Below are positions 1-9,867 of a stretch of 64,000 bases of DNA, in pieces. The position numbers and the translations under genes are program-made. The DNA is from Candidatus Atelocyanobacterium thalassae (GTDB taxonomy: Bacteria; Cyanobacteriota; Cyanobacteriia; Cyanobacteriales; Microcystaceae). The notes beneath the pieces are model-generated. The model did not search any database, was not told the DNA's origin, and saw only the letters and a list, made by a program, of their open reading frames with translations. Location of the stretch: positions 64,001-128,000 of the forward strand of contig JBFPLN010000003.1 in assembly GCA_051971635.1 (NCBI GenBank), written 5' to 3'. The stretch's first letter is position 1. Every line of letters begins with the position of its first letter.

Positions 1-224
1 ATGGCTTAGGTGAAACTGCTAGTCCACGCTCAAGAATTCATCCTCCTGATTATAAAACAGGAGCATACACAGGAGTAGTAATCGAAAACTGTAATCTGTC
101 TAAGACTAAAAATTTAACCAAAGACCAACATTATTATTTATGTGCTTGGGGAGGAGAACATACCCGAGGAACGATCCCAGGAGGATGTCATAATATTCCC
201 AATAAATTAAATAAATATAAATAA
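1..224 (+). CDS. 3' end of a CDS, probably a pentapeptide-repeat family protein (partial)
   Basis: Frame 3 is open from the window edge to TAA at 222-224 (GLGETASPRSRIHPPDYKTGAYTGVVIENCNLS...YLCAWGG...TIPGGCHNIPNKL). This resembles C-termini of cyanobacterial pentapeptide-repeat proteins. Confidence 0.55.
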   Translation, partial: GLGETASPRSRIHPPDYKTGAYTGVVIENCNLSKTKNLTKDQHYYLCAWGGEHTRGTIPGGCHNIPNKLNKYK

Positions 225-298
225 ACTATTAATTTCTAGCTTTTAGAAAAATCTTAGGTTAAATTTATAGACTATATATTTTTTAGGAGAGCAGGCTT

Positions 299-670
299 AT
301 GACTTTTCAAGAGTTTTGTTTACTTTTAGCTTCTGTACTTGCAAGTGCTTTAGGTCAACTATTTTTAAAAATGGGAGCTCTGAAGTTAGGTAAAGTTAAT
401 TCTGTCAATATCATAAGTCATATTTCAAAAATTATTAGCGTTCCAGAATTACTTTTAGGACTATCTTGTTACGGCTTAGGCGCGATCGCATATATTCTAT
501 TATTGACTCGTGTTAATCTAAGCATTGCTGGACCATCTGCATCGATTATTTATATATTTTCAGTTCTAATTGGCTATTTTATGTTTAAAGAAGTCATTCC
601 TATTTATCGTGCTTTTGGTCTTGGACTAGTAGTATTTGGTGTCATCTTAGTTGTTTGGAAACCTAATTAA
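299..670 (+). CDS. Small DMT/EamA (SMR, ArnE-like) family transporter
   Basis: 123 aa, four hydrophobic helices, GQLFLKMG and LSIAGP motifs; AGGAG RBS upstream. Confidence 0.8.
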   Translation: MTFQEFCLLLASVLASALGQLFLKMGALKLGKVNSVNIISHISKIISVPELLLGLSCYGLGAIAYILLLTRVNLSIAGPSASIIYIFSVLIGYFMFKEVIPIYRAFGLGLVVFGVILVVWKPN

Positions 671-691
671 ACACTACTTAAGACATAGTGC

Positions 692-721
692 TTGTCAAAG
701 TATCAATACTTGTGCTAATAT
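692..721 (+). promoter_or_regulatory. Putative sigma70 promoter of tRNA-Arg
   Basis: TTGTCA (692-697), 18-nt spacer, extended -10 TGcTAATAT (713-721), about 21 nt before the tRNA. Confidence 0.45.
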
Positions 722-742
722 AAGTACTTGGCTGCTTAACAA

Positions 743-817
743 GGGCTTGTAGCTTAGTTGGATTAGAGCGCGTGGCTACGAACCACGAGGTCGGGGGTTC
801 GAGTCCCTCCAAGCCCA
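743..817 (+). tRNA. trnR-ACG: tRNA-Arg (anticodon ACG)
   Basis: Cloverleaf: GGGCTTG/CAAGCCC acceptor stem, CGTGG-CTACGAA-CCACG anticodon arm, GGTTCGAGTCC T-loop; CCA not encoded. Confidence 0.97.
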
Positions 818-950
818 TATTGTTGGATAATACTGTATGCAAAAATTACGACTGTATCTTAAATGGATAAATTCTATAAGAAAACTTTAAGATACAATTG
901 TAATTTTTCTATTAAGGGTATATTTAAATAAATAAAAATTATTAGGTGTA

Positions 951-1271
951 ATGTCAAAGAGATATACAGTGGAAATTTCTCATCAAGAAACTAACTATGT
1001 TATCCAAGTTTCTGAAAATGAAAAAATTTTAGAATCAGCTAGAGAAGCTGGTGTTGAACTACCATTATCTTGTGAGGCAGGTGTATGTACAACTTGTACT
1101 GCTCAGATATTAGAAGGTAAGGTAGAGCAAGGAGAAGGGATGGGTTTATCTCCTCAACTTCAAAGTGAAGGTTATGCTCTATTATGTGTTTCATATCCTC
1201 GATCTGATTTAAAGCTAGTTACTGAAAAAGAAGATAAAGTATACGATAGACAATTTTCACCAAGTAATTAA
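951..1271 (+). CDS. [2Fe-2S] plant-type ferredoxin (minor, Fed3/FdC1-like)
   Basis: CEAGVCTTC...LLC cysteine pattern (Cx4Cx2C...C) with a C-terminal extension. Confidence 0.88.
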   Translation: MSKRYTVEISHQETNYVIQVSENEKILESAREAGVELPLSCEAGVCTTCTAQILEGKVEQGEGMGLSPQLQSEGYALLCVSYPRSDLKLVTEKEDKVYDRQFSPSN

Positions 1272-1323
1272 TTTTCAAAGTGTAAGCTAAGTTCAGATAA
1301 TTGATTTACTTCATATAAGTTTT

Positions 1324-3054
1324 TCAATTACAAATGTATCTCTCATATTGATAGCCATCAATATGAGGATATTCTTTTGTATCAAAATCGCAATTTTTAA
1401 GCTTAATAGAGTCTTTAAAGTTAATAGTCCAAACTTCTAAGGGATCTTTACTACTTTCAATAATCGTTTGTAAAGTTTTAGTTTTTTGAGAGGAATCTTT
1501 ATTGATTAGCAGAAAAGAAGTGTTTATTAATTTCTGACTATTTTGTAATTCTAATCCTATCCCCATCATCTCTCCTGTTTGAACTAAACTTTTATGAGTA
1601 GTAACAATTACAGCATTATGAGATACTGTCTTTTCAAAAATATTAACAAACTGTTCAGGTCTATAGTATTTCTGATATCCTAAATTCACTAATACTGTTA
1701 CTGAGCCTAGTAATCCCATGATCCATACAGTATAAAAAATCATCTTCTTATTTGATGAGATACGGGGATTAATTCTTAATAGTTGATTCTGTATATTATT
1801 ATCATGCCAAGAGATTGCTAAAATTCCTCCCATAAGTGCTATTACAGCCGGGAAATAGGTAAAACTATAACGTGCACCACGAGTTAAATCTAGTTTAGCT
1901 AAATAAGTAATTATCAAGAAAAGGCTAACAACTCCAGAGATAAAAAATATAAATATAATTAAAGGCGAGCGAAATTGTTTATTTTTTAAACCGACTTTTG
2001 TTTCTTGTAAGATACGAGGTGTTAAAAAGATAAAAAATAATAATAAAATTAATCCGGATAGAATTACTATAGGAATAGAAGAAGATTCCACTGGCAAAAG
2101 TGAAATCATTGGGATCCAAACAGCTAATAATTGAAAAGGAGGACTAATAAAATATAGAAGATTGTTAACTGGGTGAATCCAATCAATCATATCATTACCA
2201 TATCCCTTAGGTATTATAGCTAGCAACCACATTAGCCCTATGGAAAAAGTTCCTAGAATCACTAAAAGAATACGATGGTAATTTACTTTCCTTAAATTTG
2301 ATGATCTTTTCTGTAATTGATTATGAGTTAAAAATATTAAAGTTATAATTTCTGATATCAAGGTTAAACAAAAAAAGTAATGAATAGATAATCCAATACT
2401 ATTAACCAGCAACCAAATGAAAACTAACCAATAAGGAATAATTAATTCTTCTTCAATTCTCTTAATTGCAATAATTAAACACAGTAAAGATGCTATGACA
2501 AACAAGATTGCAAATGTATAGTGTCGCGCTTCTTGTGCAAGATAGATACCATATGGGGATACTGCCATTAAGGCTGCACTAATTTGTCCAGCTAACCGAG
2601 AACGAAAACTAATAGAACTTAAAAAATAAATTCCAGGAATAGAAAGAACACCAAGAAAAGCAGGCAGTGTTCTCATTATTCCAATATCAATATTTTTGAT
2701 AATTCCTAAATAAAATAGTAAATTTATCCATAAGTGATTGAAAACAAAGTATAGAGGAGGATGATTATCCTCTTCTAATAATAGAGATATAACGTCACCA
2801 ACACCTACATTAGCGTTGAAGTGTAATGGTTGCAAAAGTGTATTTAATGAAATAAGCTGATTCAGAGGTACTGTACGAAAATCATTTCCTAAACTAAAAA
2901 CCATAGTGGCAAATTCATCAGTCCATGGTGGCTTAGCACTTAAGTTAGTAAATCTAAGAATGCTGCCAATTATTATCCAAAAAACTAATAGAATCCAATT
3001 ATTTATATAAAGTAACTGATTAATCCATTGCCTATATAATTTAACTTTTAGCAC
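1324..3054 (-). CDS. GT-C fold membrane glycosyltransferase (family 39/PMT/ArnT-like)
   Basis: 576 aa polytopic protein; LRF...WTDE, HPPLYF and QEARHY motifs; GTG start. Confidence 0.8.
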   Translation of the reverse strand: MLKVKLYRQWINQLLYINNWILLVFWIIIGSILRFTNLSAKPPWTDEFATMVFSLGNDFRTVPLNQLISLNTLLQPLHFNANVGVGDVISLLLEEDNHPPLYFVFNHLWINLLFYLGIIKNIDIGIMRTLPAFLGVLSIPGIYFLSSISFRSRLAGQISAALMAVSPYGIYLAQEARHYTFAILFVIASLLCLIIAIKRIEEELIIPYWLVFIWLLVNSIGLSIHYFFCLTLISEIITLIFLTHNQLQKRSSNLRKVNYHRILLVILGTFSIGLMWLLAIIPKGYGNDMIDWIHPVNNLLYFISPPFQLLAVWIPMISLLPVESSSIPIVILSGLILLLFFIFLTPRILQETKVGLKNKQFRSPLIIFIFFISGVVSLFLIITYLAKLDLTRGARYSFTYFPAVIALMGGILAISWHDNNIQNQLLRINPRISSNKKMIFYTVWIMGLLGSVTVLVNLGYQKYYRPEQFVNIFEKTVSHNAVIVTTHKSLVQTGEMMGIGLELQNSQKLINTSFLLINKDSSQKTKTLQTIIESSKDPLEVWTINFKDSIKLKNCDFDTKEYPHIDGYQYERYICN

Positions 3055-3103
3055 TGAAATTCCTCTTTATCAAACTATACATAAAATAACCTAAATTTAA
3101 AAT

Positions 3104-4918
3104 ATGCACCTAATAGATTGGATTGTTGTCTTAATTTATTTTTTTGTAACTACTATCTTAGGATTATTTATCTCTTATAAAAAAAAAATACCTGTCCAAA
3201 ATACAGAAAAAAATACTTATTTTATTAGCAATTTACTTGCGGGAAGGAATTTATCATGGTGGTTAGCAGGAACAAGTATGGCTGCAACAACATTTTCTAT
3301 AGATACTCCTTTATATATATGTGGTATAGTTGCAAGTCGTGGAATTGCTGGAAATTGGGAATGGTGGAGCTTTGGAATCTCTAACATTTTTTTAATATAT
3401 GTTTTTGCTGGTATGTGGAGAAGATCAGGATTATTAACAGACGCTGAGATTACTGAACTTAGATATGGTGGAAAAACTGCAGCTATTCTACGGGCTACTA
3501 AAGCATTTTTATTCGCCATACCAATCAACTGTATTGGCATAGGATATGCCATGTTGGCTATGATTAAAGTAGTTGATGCTTTAGAATTGTGGCAGAGTTT
3601 AGGCCTGAACCTTGGTGAAGGAGCTAAACTTTGGACAATAATGTCCTTAAATTTTTTTGTTCTAACTTATACAAGTATATCAGGGCTTTGGGGTGTAGTA
3701 ATAACAGATTTTTTTCAATTTTTTTTAGGACTGGCCGGTTCAATAATATTATCTATTGTTACCGTCCATGATGCAGGAGGAATAGGTAAATTAATTTTAG
3801 ATGTTCAAAATATAACTGATTTTGATGTGTTATCTTTTATTCCTATTACTTATGATGGATATCTTAATTTTTCGTGGAATGATGCAGCAGGAATAACAGC
3901 TACCACATTCTCTACTTATATATTTGTACAATGGTGGTCATTTAGACGTAGTGATGGAGGTGGGGAATTTGTTCAAAGATTACTATCAGTAAAAGGAGAG
4001 ACAGAAGTTAAAGCAAAGTATGAGGCAGAAAAAGCAACTTGGCTTTTCAATATTCTTAATTATGTTATCAGAACCTGGCCATGGATATTGACAGCATTAG
4101 CTTCTATTGTCTTATTACCTGATTTGGCGGATCCTGAACTAGGATATCCTAAGCTTATGATAACTTATTTACCACCTGTAGCTCTTGGGTTAGTTGTTTC
4201 ATCCTTAATTGCTGCTTTTATGAGCACGATTTCCACCTCAATTAATTGGGGGGCCTCTTATCTAAGTAACGATTTATATAAGCGTTTTTTCCATCCTGAA
4301 GCTTCTGATCGTGAATTGACTATTGTTGTTAGAATAGCCTCCATTATAGTAATAATATTAGGATCTATTACTGCTTTTTATGCAGAAGATATTCGTACAA
4401 TATTTCGTATAGTAATTTCTATCGGGACTGGTCCCGGCCTGGTCTTAATCTTAAGATGGTACTGGTTTCGCATTAATGCTGCAGCTGAATTATCAGCAAT
4501 GATTGCAGGATTTATTGTTGGATTAGTATCAACTTTTGATTTAACTTTTAATACAATTTTTTTTGATTTTGGTTGGAGATTAGTAATAATATCGATTATT
4601 ACTACGGTAGTGTGGGTTACTACAATGTTTTTAACTCCTCCCGAAAATGAGGAAACATTAATTAATTTTTATAGACATATACGTCCAGGCGGAAGAGGTT
4701 GGTATCTTCAGCAACAAATAACTGGACTAAAACCAGCTCAAAGTTTAAAGGTAGATTTGTTGAAAGTATTTTCAGCTCTTCTAATACTATTTGGTAGTAT
4801 GTTCACTGTCGGCGGCTTTTTACTTCTGCAGCCAATAACTGGATCAATTTCATTTATATTTGCAGTTGTTGGGGGAGTATGTCTGAAAAACCTCAAGGGA
4901 AAGGAAATAAGTTTTTAA
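3104..4918 (+). CDS. Sodium:solute symporter (SSS, PutP-like)
   Basis: 604 aa, about 13 TM; LAGRNLSWW, ATTFSIDTP, TDFFQF and AAFMSTIS motifs. Confidence 0.88.
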   Translation: MHLIDWIVVLIYFFVTTILGLFISYKKKIPVQNTEKNTYFISNLLAGRNLSWWLAGTSMAATTFSIDTPLYICGIVASRGIAGNWEWWSFGISNIFLIYVFAGMWRRSGLLTDAEITELRYGGKTAAILRATKAFLFAIPINCIGIGYAMLAMIKVVDALELWQSLGLNLGEGAKLWTIMSLNFFVLTYTSISGLWGVVITDFFQFFLGLAGSIILSIVTVHDAGGIGKLILDVQNITDFDVLSFIPITYDGYLNFSWNDAAGITATTFSTYIFVQWWSFRRSDGGGEFVQRLLSVKGETEVKAKYEAEKATWLFNILNYVIRTWPWILTALASIVLLPDLADPELGYPKLMITYLPPVALGLVVSSLIAAFMSTISTSINWGASYLSNDLYKRFFHPEASDRELTIVVRIASIIVIILGSITAFYAEDIRTIFRIVISIGTGPGLVLILRWYWFRINAAAELSAMIAGFIVGLVSTFDLTFNTIFFDFGWRLVIISIITTVVWVTTMFLTPPENEETLINFYRHIRPGGRGWYLQQQITGLKPAQSLKVDLLKVFSALLILFGSMFTVGGFLLLQPITGSISFIFAVVGGVCLKNLKGKEISF

Positions 4919-4944
4919 ATATAATGTCTATCTATTATGAAAGG

Positions 4945-5030
4945 GTTGATTAAAAGCTTAAAAAGTAATAAAGACCTTTATGGATTTTTATCTATAAAGG
5001 TCTTTATTACTTTTTAAGCTTTTAATCAAC
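4945..5030. terminator. 41-bp inverted repeat between convergent SSS transporter and rpmA
   Basis: 4945-4981 pairs perfectly with 4994-5030 (37 bp), plus 4 inner bp including one G-T; TTTT loop; overlaps the rpmA stop codon. Confidence 0.85.
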
Positions 5031-5282
5031 TATTGGATATACACTTACTTTTTTACGACTTTTCGTTTTATGTTCAAAAGTTACAACTCCATCAACTAAA
5101 GCAAACAAGGTATCATCTTTACCTATACCTACATTATTTCCTGGATGTACTTTGGTTCCTCTTTGACGAATCAAAATATTTCCTGCTTTGACTATTTGCC
5201 CGCCAAAACGTTTAACTCCAAGCCTTTGAGAATTAGAATCGCGTCCATTTCGAGTACTACCTGTTCCTTTCTTATGAGCCAT
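5022..5282 (-). CDS. rpmA: 50S ribosomal protein L27
   Basis: [24 protein letters not shown] signature. Confidence 0.99.
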   Translation of the reverse strand: MAHKKGTGSTRNGRDSNSQRLGVKRFGGQIVKAGNILIRQRGTKVHPGNNVGIGKDDTLFALVDGVVTFEHKTKSRKKVSVYPIVD

Positions 5283-5337
5283 AATGTTTTTCTAGTTATT
5301 TTCTATGGTTTTATAAAAATAATTTGCCTTTATAGAC

Positions 5338-5718
5338 TTATCCCTCTTTTGTTATATCTTCCTCAACAGAAGCTTTTGGAGAGTTTGTGCAAATAGCTGA
5401 ACCATTAAGACTAATAGAATTAATCATTAAACGACTAAGTTCTTGACGATGTCCTCTTTTCTTCCGCGTTTTTTTCTTAGGGCGCATTTTATAGACAATA
5501 ATCTTTTGTCCCCGACGCTCTCTAAGTACAGTTCCTTCTACTGTAGCTCCCTCAATAAAAGGGTATCCAATAGTTACTTTGTTGTCGTTACTAATCAATA
5601 GTACTTTGTCAATCACATAAGAGTTGTTACTATCAGTAGTAAGACGGTTCATATCATAAAAGCGACCAGGCTCGACACGAAACTGCGCCCCTCCGGCCTC
5701 AACAATTGCATAATTCAT
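5338..5718 (-). CDS. rplU: 50S ribosomal protein L21
   Basis: MNYAIVEAGGAQFRVEPG and KKRGHRQ motifs; upstream of rpmA. Confidence 0.98.
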   Translation of the reverse strand: MNYAIVEAGGAQFRVEPGRFYDMNRLTTDSNNSYVIDKVLLISNDNKVTIGYPFIEGATVEGTVLRERRGQKIIVYKMRPKKKTRKKRGHRQELSRLMINSISLNGSAICTNSPKASVEEDITKEG

Positions 5719-5739
5719 AACTTTGTCCTTGATGTTAAT

Positions 5740-5816
5740 TGCCGTACAGGTAGAATAACAACGAATATTCTTATCCTTTTGTTCATACTGTAACCTGATC
5801 CGAGCAGGATTTCGTC
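5740..5816 (-). promoter_or_regulatory. Candidate L21 ribosomal-protein leader RNA
   Basis: GC-richer island in the rplU 5' UTR. On the minus strand CAGGT/ACCTG pair, flanked by TGCTCG/CGGCA. Upstream TTGACA (5857-5852) and TATGAT (5835-5830), 16-nt spacer. Confidence 0.55.
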
Positions 5817-6003
5817 AAAACCCTATAATATCATACTATTATTATGCTTTATGTCAAATAATTGTTAAGCTATGGTTAATGTTTAATTGCACAGATTATT
5901 AGTCTTGTACTTTGCTTGGAGATGCAAGAAGCAAAAAACTACTAACTTATATAAAAATACTTTTTAAAGAACAAAATTACTTAATAAAAACTATTCCAAT
6001 AAT

Positions 6004-6354
6004 ATGTACCAGGATCAATCTATTCCAACTATTACAGTAAAAGAACTTGCTGAATATCTTGTAAAAGATATTTCTGAATTACAGTTAATAGACGTAAGAG
6101 AACCAGAAGAAGTAAAAATAGCTAATATCAAAGGCTTTAAAATATTTTCCTTAAGTCAGTTTCATGAATGGTCTAAAACAATTATTTATGATCTAGATTT
6201 TAATAAAGAGACATTAGTTCTTTGTCATCATGGAGTAAGGTCTTCTCAAGTATGTTTTTGGTTACTTCAAACTGGTTTTGTTAATGTTAAAAACATCCAA
6301 GGAGGAATTGCTGCTTACTCTTCAATAATTGATAATGGCATTCCTCAATATTAA
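6004..6354 (+). CDS. Single-domain rhodanese-like protein
   Basis: LIDVREPEE, LCHHGVRS and NIQGGI motifs. Confidence 0.9.
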   Translation: MYQDQSIPTITVKELAEYLVKDISELQLIDVREPEEVKIANIKGFKIFSLSQFHEWSKTIIYDLDFNKETLVLCHHGVRSSQVCFWLLQTGFVNVKNIQGGIAAYSSIIDNGIPQY

Positions 6355-6406
6355 GTGAGAGAAAAGTAGTTATTTCGTCAATGTTACATTTAAAAATTAC
6401 ATTGTT

Positions 6407-7483
6407 ATGACTGTTCCCTTTTTTTTAAATCAAAGATATCAAAAAATACTACGAGCAGCAGTTCAACATTATATTGCTACAGCAGAACCTGTTGGTTCTA
6501 ATACTTTAGTTAGAGAATATAATTTAAGTATTAGTCCAGCAACTATTCGTAATACACTAGGAAGACTAGAAAAAGCTGGATTCCTATATCAACCTCATAT
6601 ATCTGCTGGTAGAATACCATCTGATTTTGGTTATCGAATATACGTAGACAACTTAATGACTCCGGACCATAATTGTATAAAAAAAATTAAACGTGAGTTA
6701 AATCAACAATTAGATCCAAAGATTTATGACTGTAACGAAACTTTTTTACAAAAAGTAGCTCAAGTATTAACTAATTTAAGTGGTTATATAGCTCTTGTTA
6801 CTCTTCCTAAGGTGTTCCCAAATAAACTACACCACTTACAGTTAATACAGGTATCCTCAAAACAAATAATATTTGTTGTTGTCACTAATGATTATAAAAC
6901 TCAATCTATCTTAGTAGATATTCCATCTGTTTTAATTCACGATAATAAAGATTGGCTAGATAAAAAATTACAAATTTTTTCTAATTTTTTGAATAGCCAC
7001 TTAAAGGGAAAATCTATGTTAGATATTCCTAGTTCAACTTGGCAAAAAATAGACCAAGACTTTATTAATTATTCTGATTTTCTAAAAGGACTTCTTAAAC
7101 AATTAAAAAATAATCTTCAATTGTCTATTTCTACTCAAATAATAATTCATGGTGTCTCAGAAATTTTGAGACAACCTGAGTTCTCCCAATTGAAACAAAT
7201 AAAAATGCTAATTCGTTTATTAGAAGAGGAACAAGATAAACTACATTCACTAATTTTAGATTTTCCTGGAAGTAAAATATCCAATAATCAAGTAAACATT
7301 AGAATTGGAAACGAAAACCCTTTGAAATCTATGCATCTTTATAGTTTAATTTATTCAACTTATTGTCAACGTAACATTCCAATTGGAAGCGTAGGAATCA
7401 TTGGTCCGACACGAATGTTGTATAAAAATACTATTCCTCTTGTAGAATCAACGGCAGATTATTTGTCTAAGATATTCAGTTAA
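6407..7483 (+). CDS. hrcA: Heat-inducible transcriptional repressor HrcA
   Basis: YIATAEPVGS, SPATIRN, QPHISAGRIPSDFGYR and GIIGPTRM motifs. Confidence 0.97.
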   Translation: MTVPFFLNQRYQKILRAAVQHYIATAEPVGSNTLVREYNLSISPATIRNTLGRLEKAGFLYQPHISAGRIPSDFGYRIYVDNLMTPDHNCIKKIKRELNQQLDPKIYDCNETFLQKVAQVLTNLSGYIALVTLPKVFPNKLHHLQLIQVSSKQIIFVVVTNDYKTQSILVDIPSVLIHDNKDWLDKKLQIFSNFLNSHLKGKSMLDIPSSTWQKIDQDFINYSDFLKGLLKQLKNNLQLSISTQIIIHGVSEILRQPEFSQLKQIKMLIRLLEEEQDKLHSLILDFPGSKISNNQVNIRIGNENPLKSMHLYSLIYSTYCQRNIPIGSVGIIGPTRMLYKNTIPLVESTADYLSKIFS

Positions 7484-7920
7484 TTTCTGTATCTTGTATA
7501 AATATGGTAATTGATTTACCTAGATGCTAATATTACTCATATGGTTAAATTTTAATTTCTTATATTGTATAAACAATTTAAAATTTTTTGATCTTAGATA
7601 ATTGCAATTGAAAATAAGTTAATTATTAAATAATTAATATTTATCAGCTATTTAATAGCGTAGAAGAATATACCTTATGTGACCAAAAGAATATATTTTT
7701 GGTGAGAGTATATGGTTGTGAGAACATTAATACTTGAGCAAAATAAATTAGATATTAAATTTATATTAGATACTAATATTGAATTTAATTTTTTTTGATG
7801 AAATATTACATCTCTTAGTGTACTTCTTCAGTAAGTTTTATAAATTATATTCTAGATTTATATAAAAAAATTTAGTACAAAAAATTAGCGAACAAATAGA
7901 AATTCATGACGATTTTTTAC

Positions 7921-7950
7921 TTGTCATCCTTTTCAGTAAACTGCTATATT
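7921..7950 (+). promoter_or_regulatory. Putative promoter of the TRAP operon
   Basis: TTGTCA (7921-7926), 18-nt spacer, TGcTATATT extended -10. Confidence 0.4.
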
Positions 7951-7970
7951 AAAATGCTTATAAATCTAAG

Positions 7971-8537
7971 TTGAGGTTATCTTTGCAAAAATTACTTAAC
8001 ATCGCTAAGGTTATAGATGCTATTAATGAATGGATGGGCAGATTTGCCTATTGGTTAATCTTATTAATGATCTTTATAGGTGTTTGGAATGTTGTAGGGA
8101 GATATGTAGGAAGATTCCTTGGATATACTTTGACTTCCAATGCACTTATTGAAATACAGTGGTATTTATTTGATATTGTTTTTTTCTTAGGAGCAGCATA
8201 TACTCTGAAGCATAATGGACATGTTAGGGTAGATGTCTTTTATAAAGATTTATCATTAAAACAAAAAGCATTAGTCGACTTTATAGGTACTTTTATCTTC
8301 TTAATTCCATTTTGCTTAGTAATAATTTACTATTCTTGGGATAATATTATAAATTCCTGGAGATATTTAGAAACATCTCCGGATCCTGGTGGTTTAGCTC
8401 GCTATCCTATAAAGTCGATGATTATTGTCAGCAGCATATCGCTGATTTTTCAGGGAATATCTGAAGCTATAAAAAGTTTAAGTAAAATCAAAAAGCAATT
8501 AAACTCTCAGGAGGAAAACCATGATCCAAATATATGA
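7971..8537 (+). CDS. dctQ: TRAP transporter small permease (DctQ/GtrA-like)
   Basis: 4 TM; EIQWYLF, GAAYTL.HNGHVRVD and SPDPGGL motifs. Confidence 0.92.
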   Translation: MRLSLQKLLNIAKVIDAINEWMGRFAYWLILLMIFIGVWNVVGRYVGRFLGYTLTSNALIEIQWYLFDIVFFLGAAYTLKHNGHVRVDVFYKDLSLKQKALVDFIGTFIFLIPFCLVIIYYSWDNIINSWRYLETSPDPGGLARYPIKSMIIVSSISLIFQGISEAIKSLSKIKKQLNSQEENHDPNI

Positions 8538-9867
8538 TGGATTAGGTCCACTCATGTTTACTGTAGCGTTAGTTCTACTATCGTTAGGATATCCAGTTGC
8601 TTTTTCTTTAGGTGGAGTATCTATAATCTTCGCTTGTATTGGGGTATCTCTAGGAATTTTTAATCCAGTTTTTTTAAGTGCATTGCCAAGTAGAATTTTT
8701 GGCATCATGGGGAACTATACTTTATTAGCTATTCCTTATTTTATTTTTCTAGGTTCAATGCTTGAGAAGACAGGCATTGCTGAAAAATTATTATTAACTA
8801 TGGGAATACTGTTTGGTAAATTGCGTGGAGGATTAGCATTAGCAGTTGTTATTGTGGGAGCACTATTAGCTGCAACTACTGGAGTAGTTGCAGCTACTGT
8901 CGTAGCTATGGGATTAATTTCTCTTCCAATTATGTTGCGCTATGGATATAATAAACAACTTGCAGCAGGTGTAATAGTAGCTTCAGGAACATTAGGTCAA
9001 TTAATTCCGCCTAGTATAGTTTTAGTTGTATTAGCTGACCAATTAAGTATTCCTGTTGGAAATTTATTTATTGGCTCAATTGTTCCAGGTTTAATGATGG
9101 CAAGTGTTTTTGCTCTACATGTCATCATAATCGCCAGCATACGTCCAGATATTGCACCTGCGATCCCTAAAGAAGAGAGAAGTATTGGTATAAAAGCATT
9201 AGTTAAGCAAGTCATACAAGCTATGCTTCCGCCTCTGTTGCTTATTTTTTTAGTCATGGGAAGTATTTTTTTTGGCTTTGCCACTCCAACAGAGGCAGGA
9301 GCTGTAGGTGCTTTAGGAACTATTATTTTGGCTGCTTTTAATAGACAACTAAATTGGATAACTCTTAGGCAAGTCTGTGATACTACGTTACGTATCAGTA
9401 CCATGGTAATTTTTATACTTTTTGGATCAACAGCTTTTAGTTTAGTTTTTCGAGGAGTGCATGGAGATCAGTTTATGCTGGATATATTAACAACACTCCC
9501 AGGAGGAAAATATAGCTTCTTGATTGTTAGTATGTTGACAGTTTTTATATTAGGATTTTTTATTGACTTTTTTGAAATAGCTTTTATAGTTATTCCTATC
9601 TTTAAACCTGTTGCTGAAACTTTAGGTATAGACTTACTTTGGTACGGGGTTATTTTAGCAGCAAATTTGCAAACTTCTTTTTTAACTCCTCCTTTCGGAT
9701 TTGCTCTTTTTTATTTAAGAGGAGTAGCTCCCCCAGAAATAAAAACAGAAGAAATTTATTATGGTGTGATTCCTTTCATTTTACTTCAATTATTGGTGCT
9801 AATTTTAATTGTTATCTTTCCTTCTTTTGTAAACTTTTTACCCTCTTTAAGTACCCATATTAGGTAA
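8521..9867 (+). CDS. dctM: TRAP transporter large permease (DctM/GtrB-like)
   Basis: GTLGQLIPPSI, ATPTEAGAVG and LTPPFGFALFYL motifs; overlaps dctQ. Confidence 0.95.
   Translation: MIQIYDGLGPLMFTVALVLLSLGYPVAFSLGGVSIIFACIGVSLGIFNPVFLSALPSRIFGIMGNYTLLAIPYFIFLGSMLEKTGIAEKLLLTMGILFGKLRGGLALAVVIVGALLAATTGVVAATVVAMGLISLPIMLRYGYNKQLAAGVIVASGTLGQLIPPSIVLVVLADQLSIPVGNLFIGSIVPGLMMASVFALHVIIIASIRPDIAPAIPKEERSIGIKALVKQVIQAMLPPLLLIFLVMGSIFFGFATPTEAGAVGALGTIILAAFNRQLNWITLRQVCDTTLRISTMVIFILFGSTAFSLVFRGVHGDQFMLDILTTLPGGKYSFLIVSMLTVFILGFFIDFFEIAFIVIPIFKPVAETLGIDLLWYGVILAANLQTSFLTPPFGFALFYLRGVAPPEIKTEEIYYGVIPFILLQLLVLILIVIFPSFVNFLPSLSTHIR

Noticed and set aside
3048..3075. TTAGCACT half-site resembling CIRCE
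   Set aside because: The second arm (GAGTGCTAA) is absent and no chaperone gene is adjacent.
7660..7673. GTA-N8-TAC (NtcA-like box) upstream of the TRAP genes
   Set aside because: Poor inner consensus, no well-spaced -10, and such a match is expected every few kb by chance.
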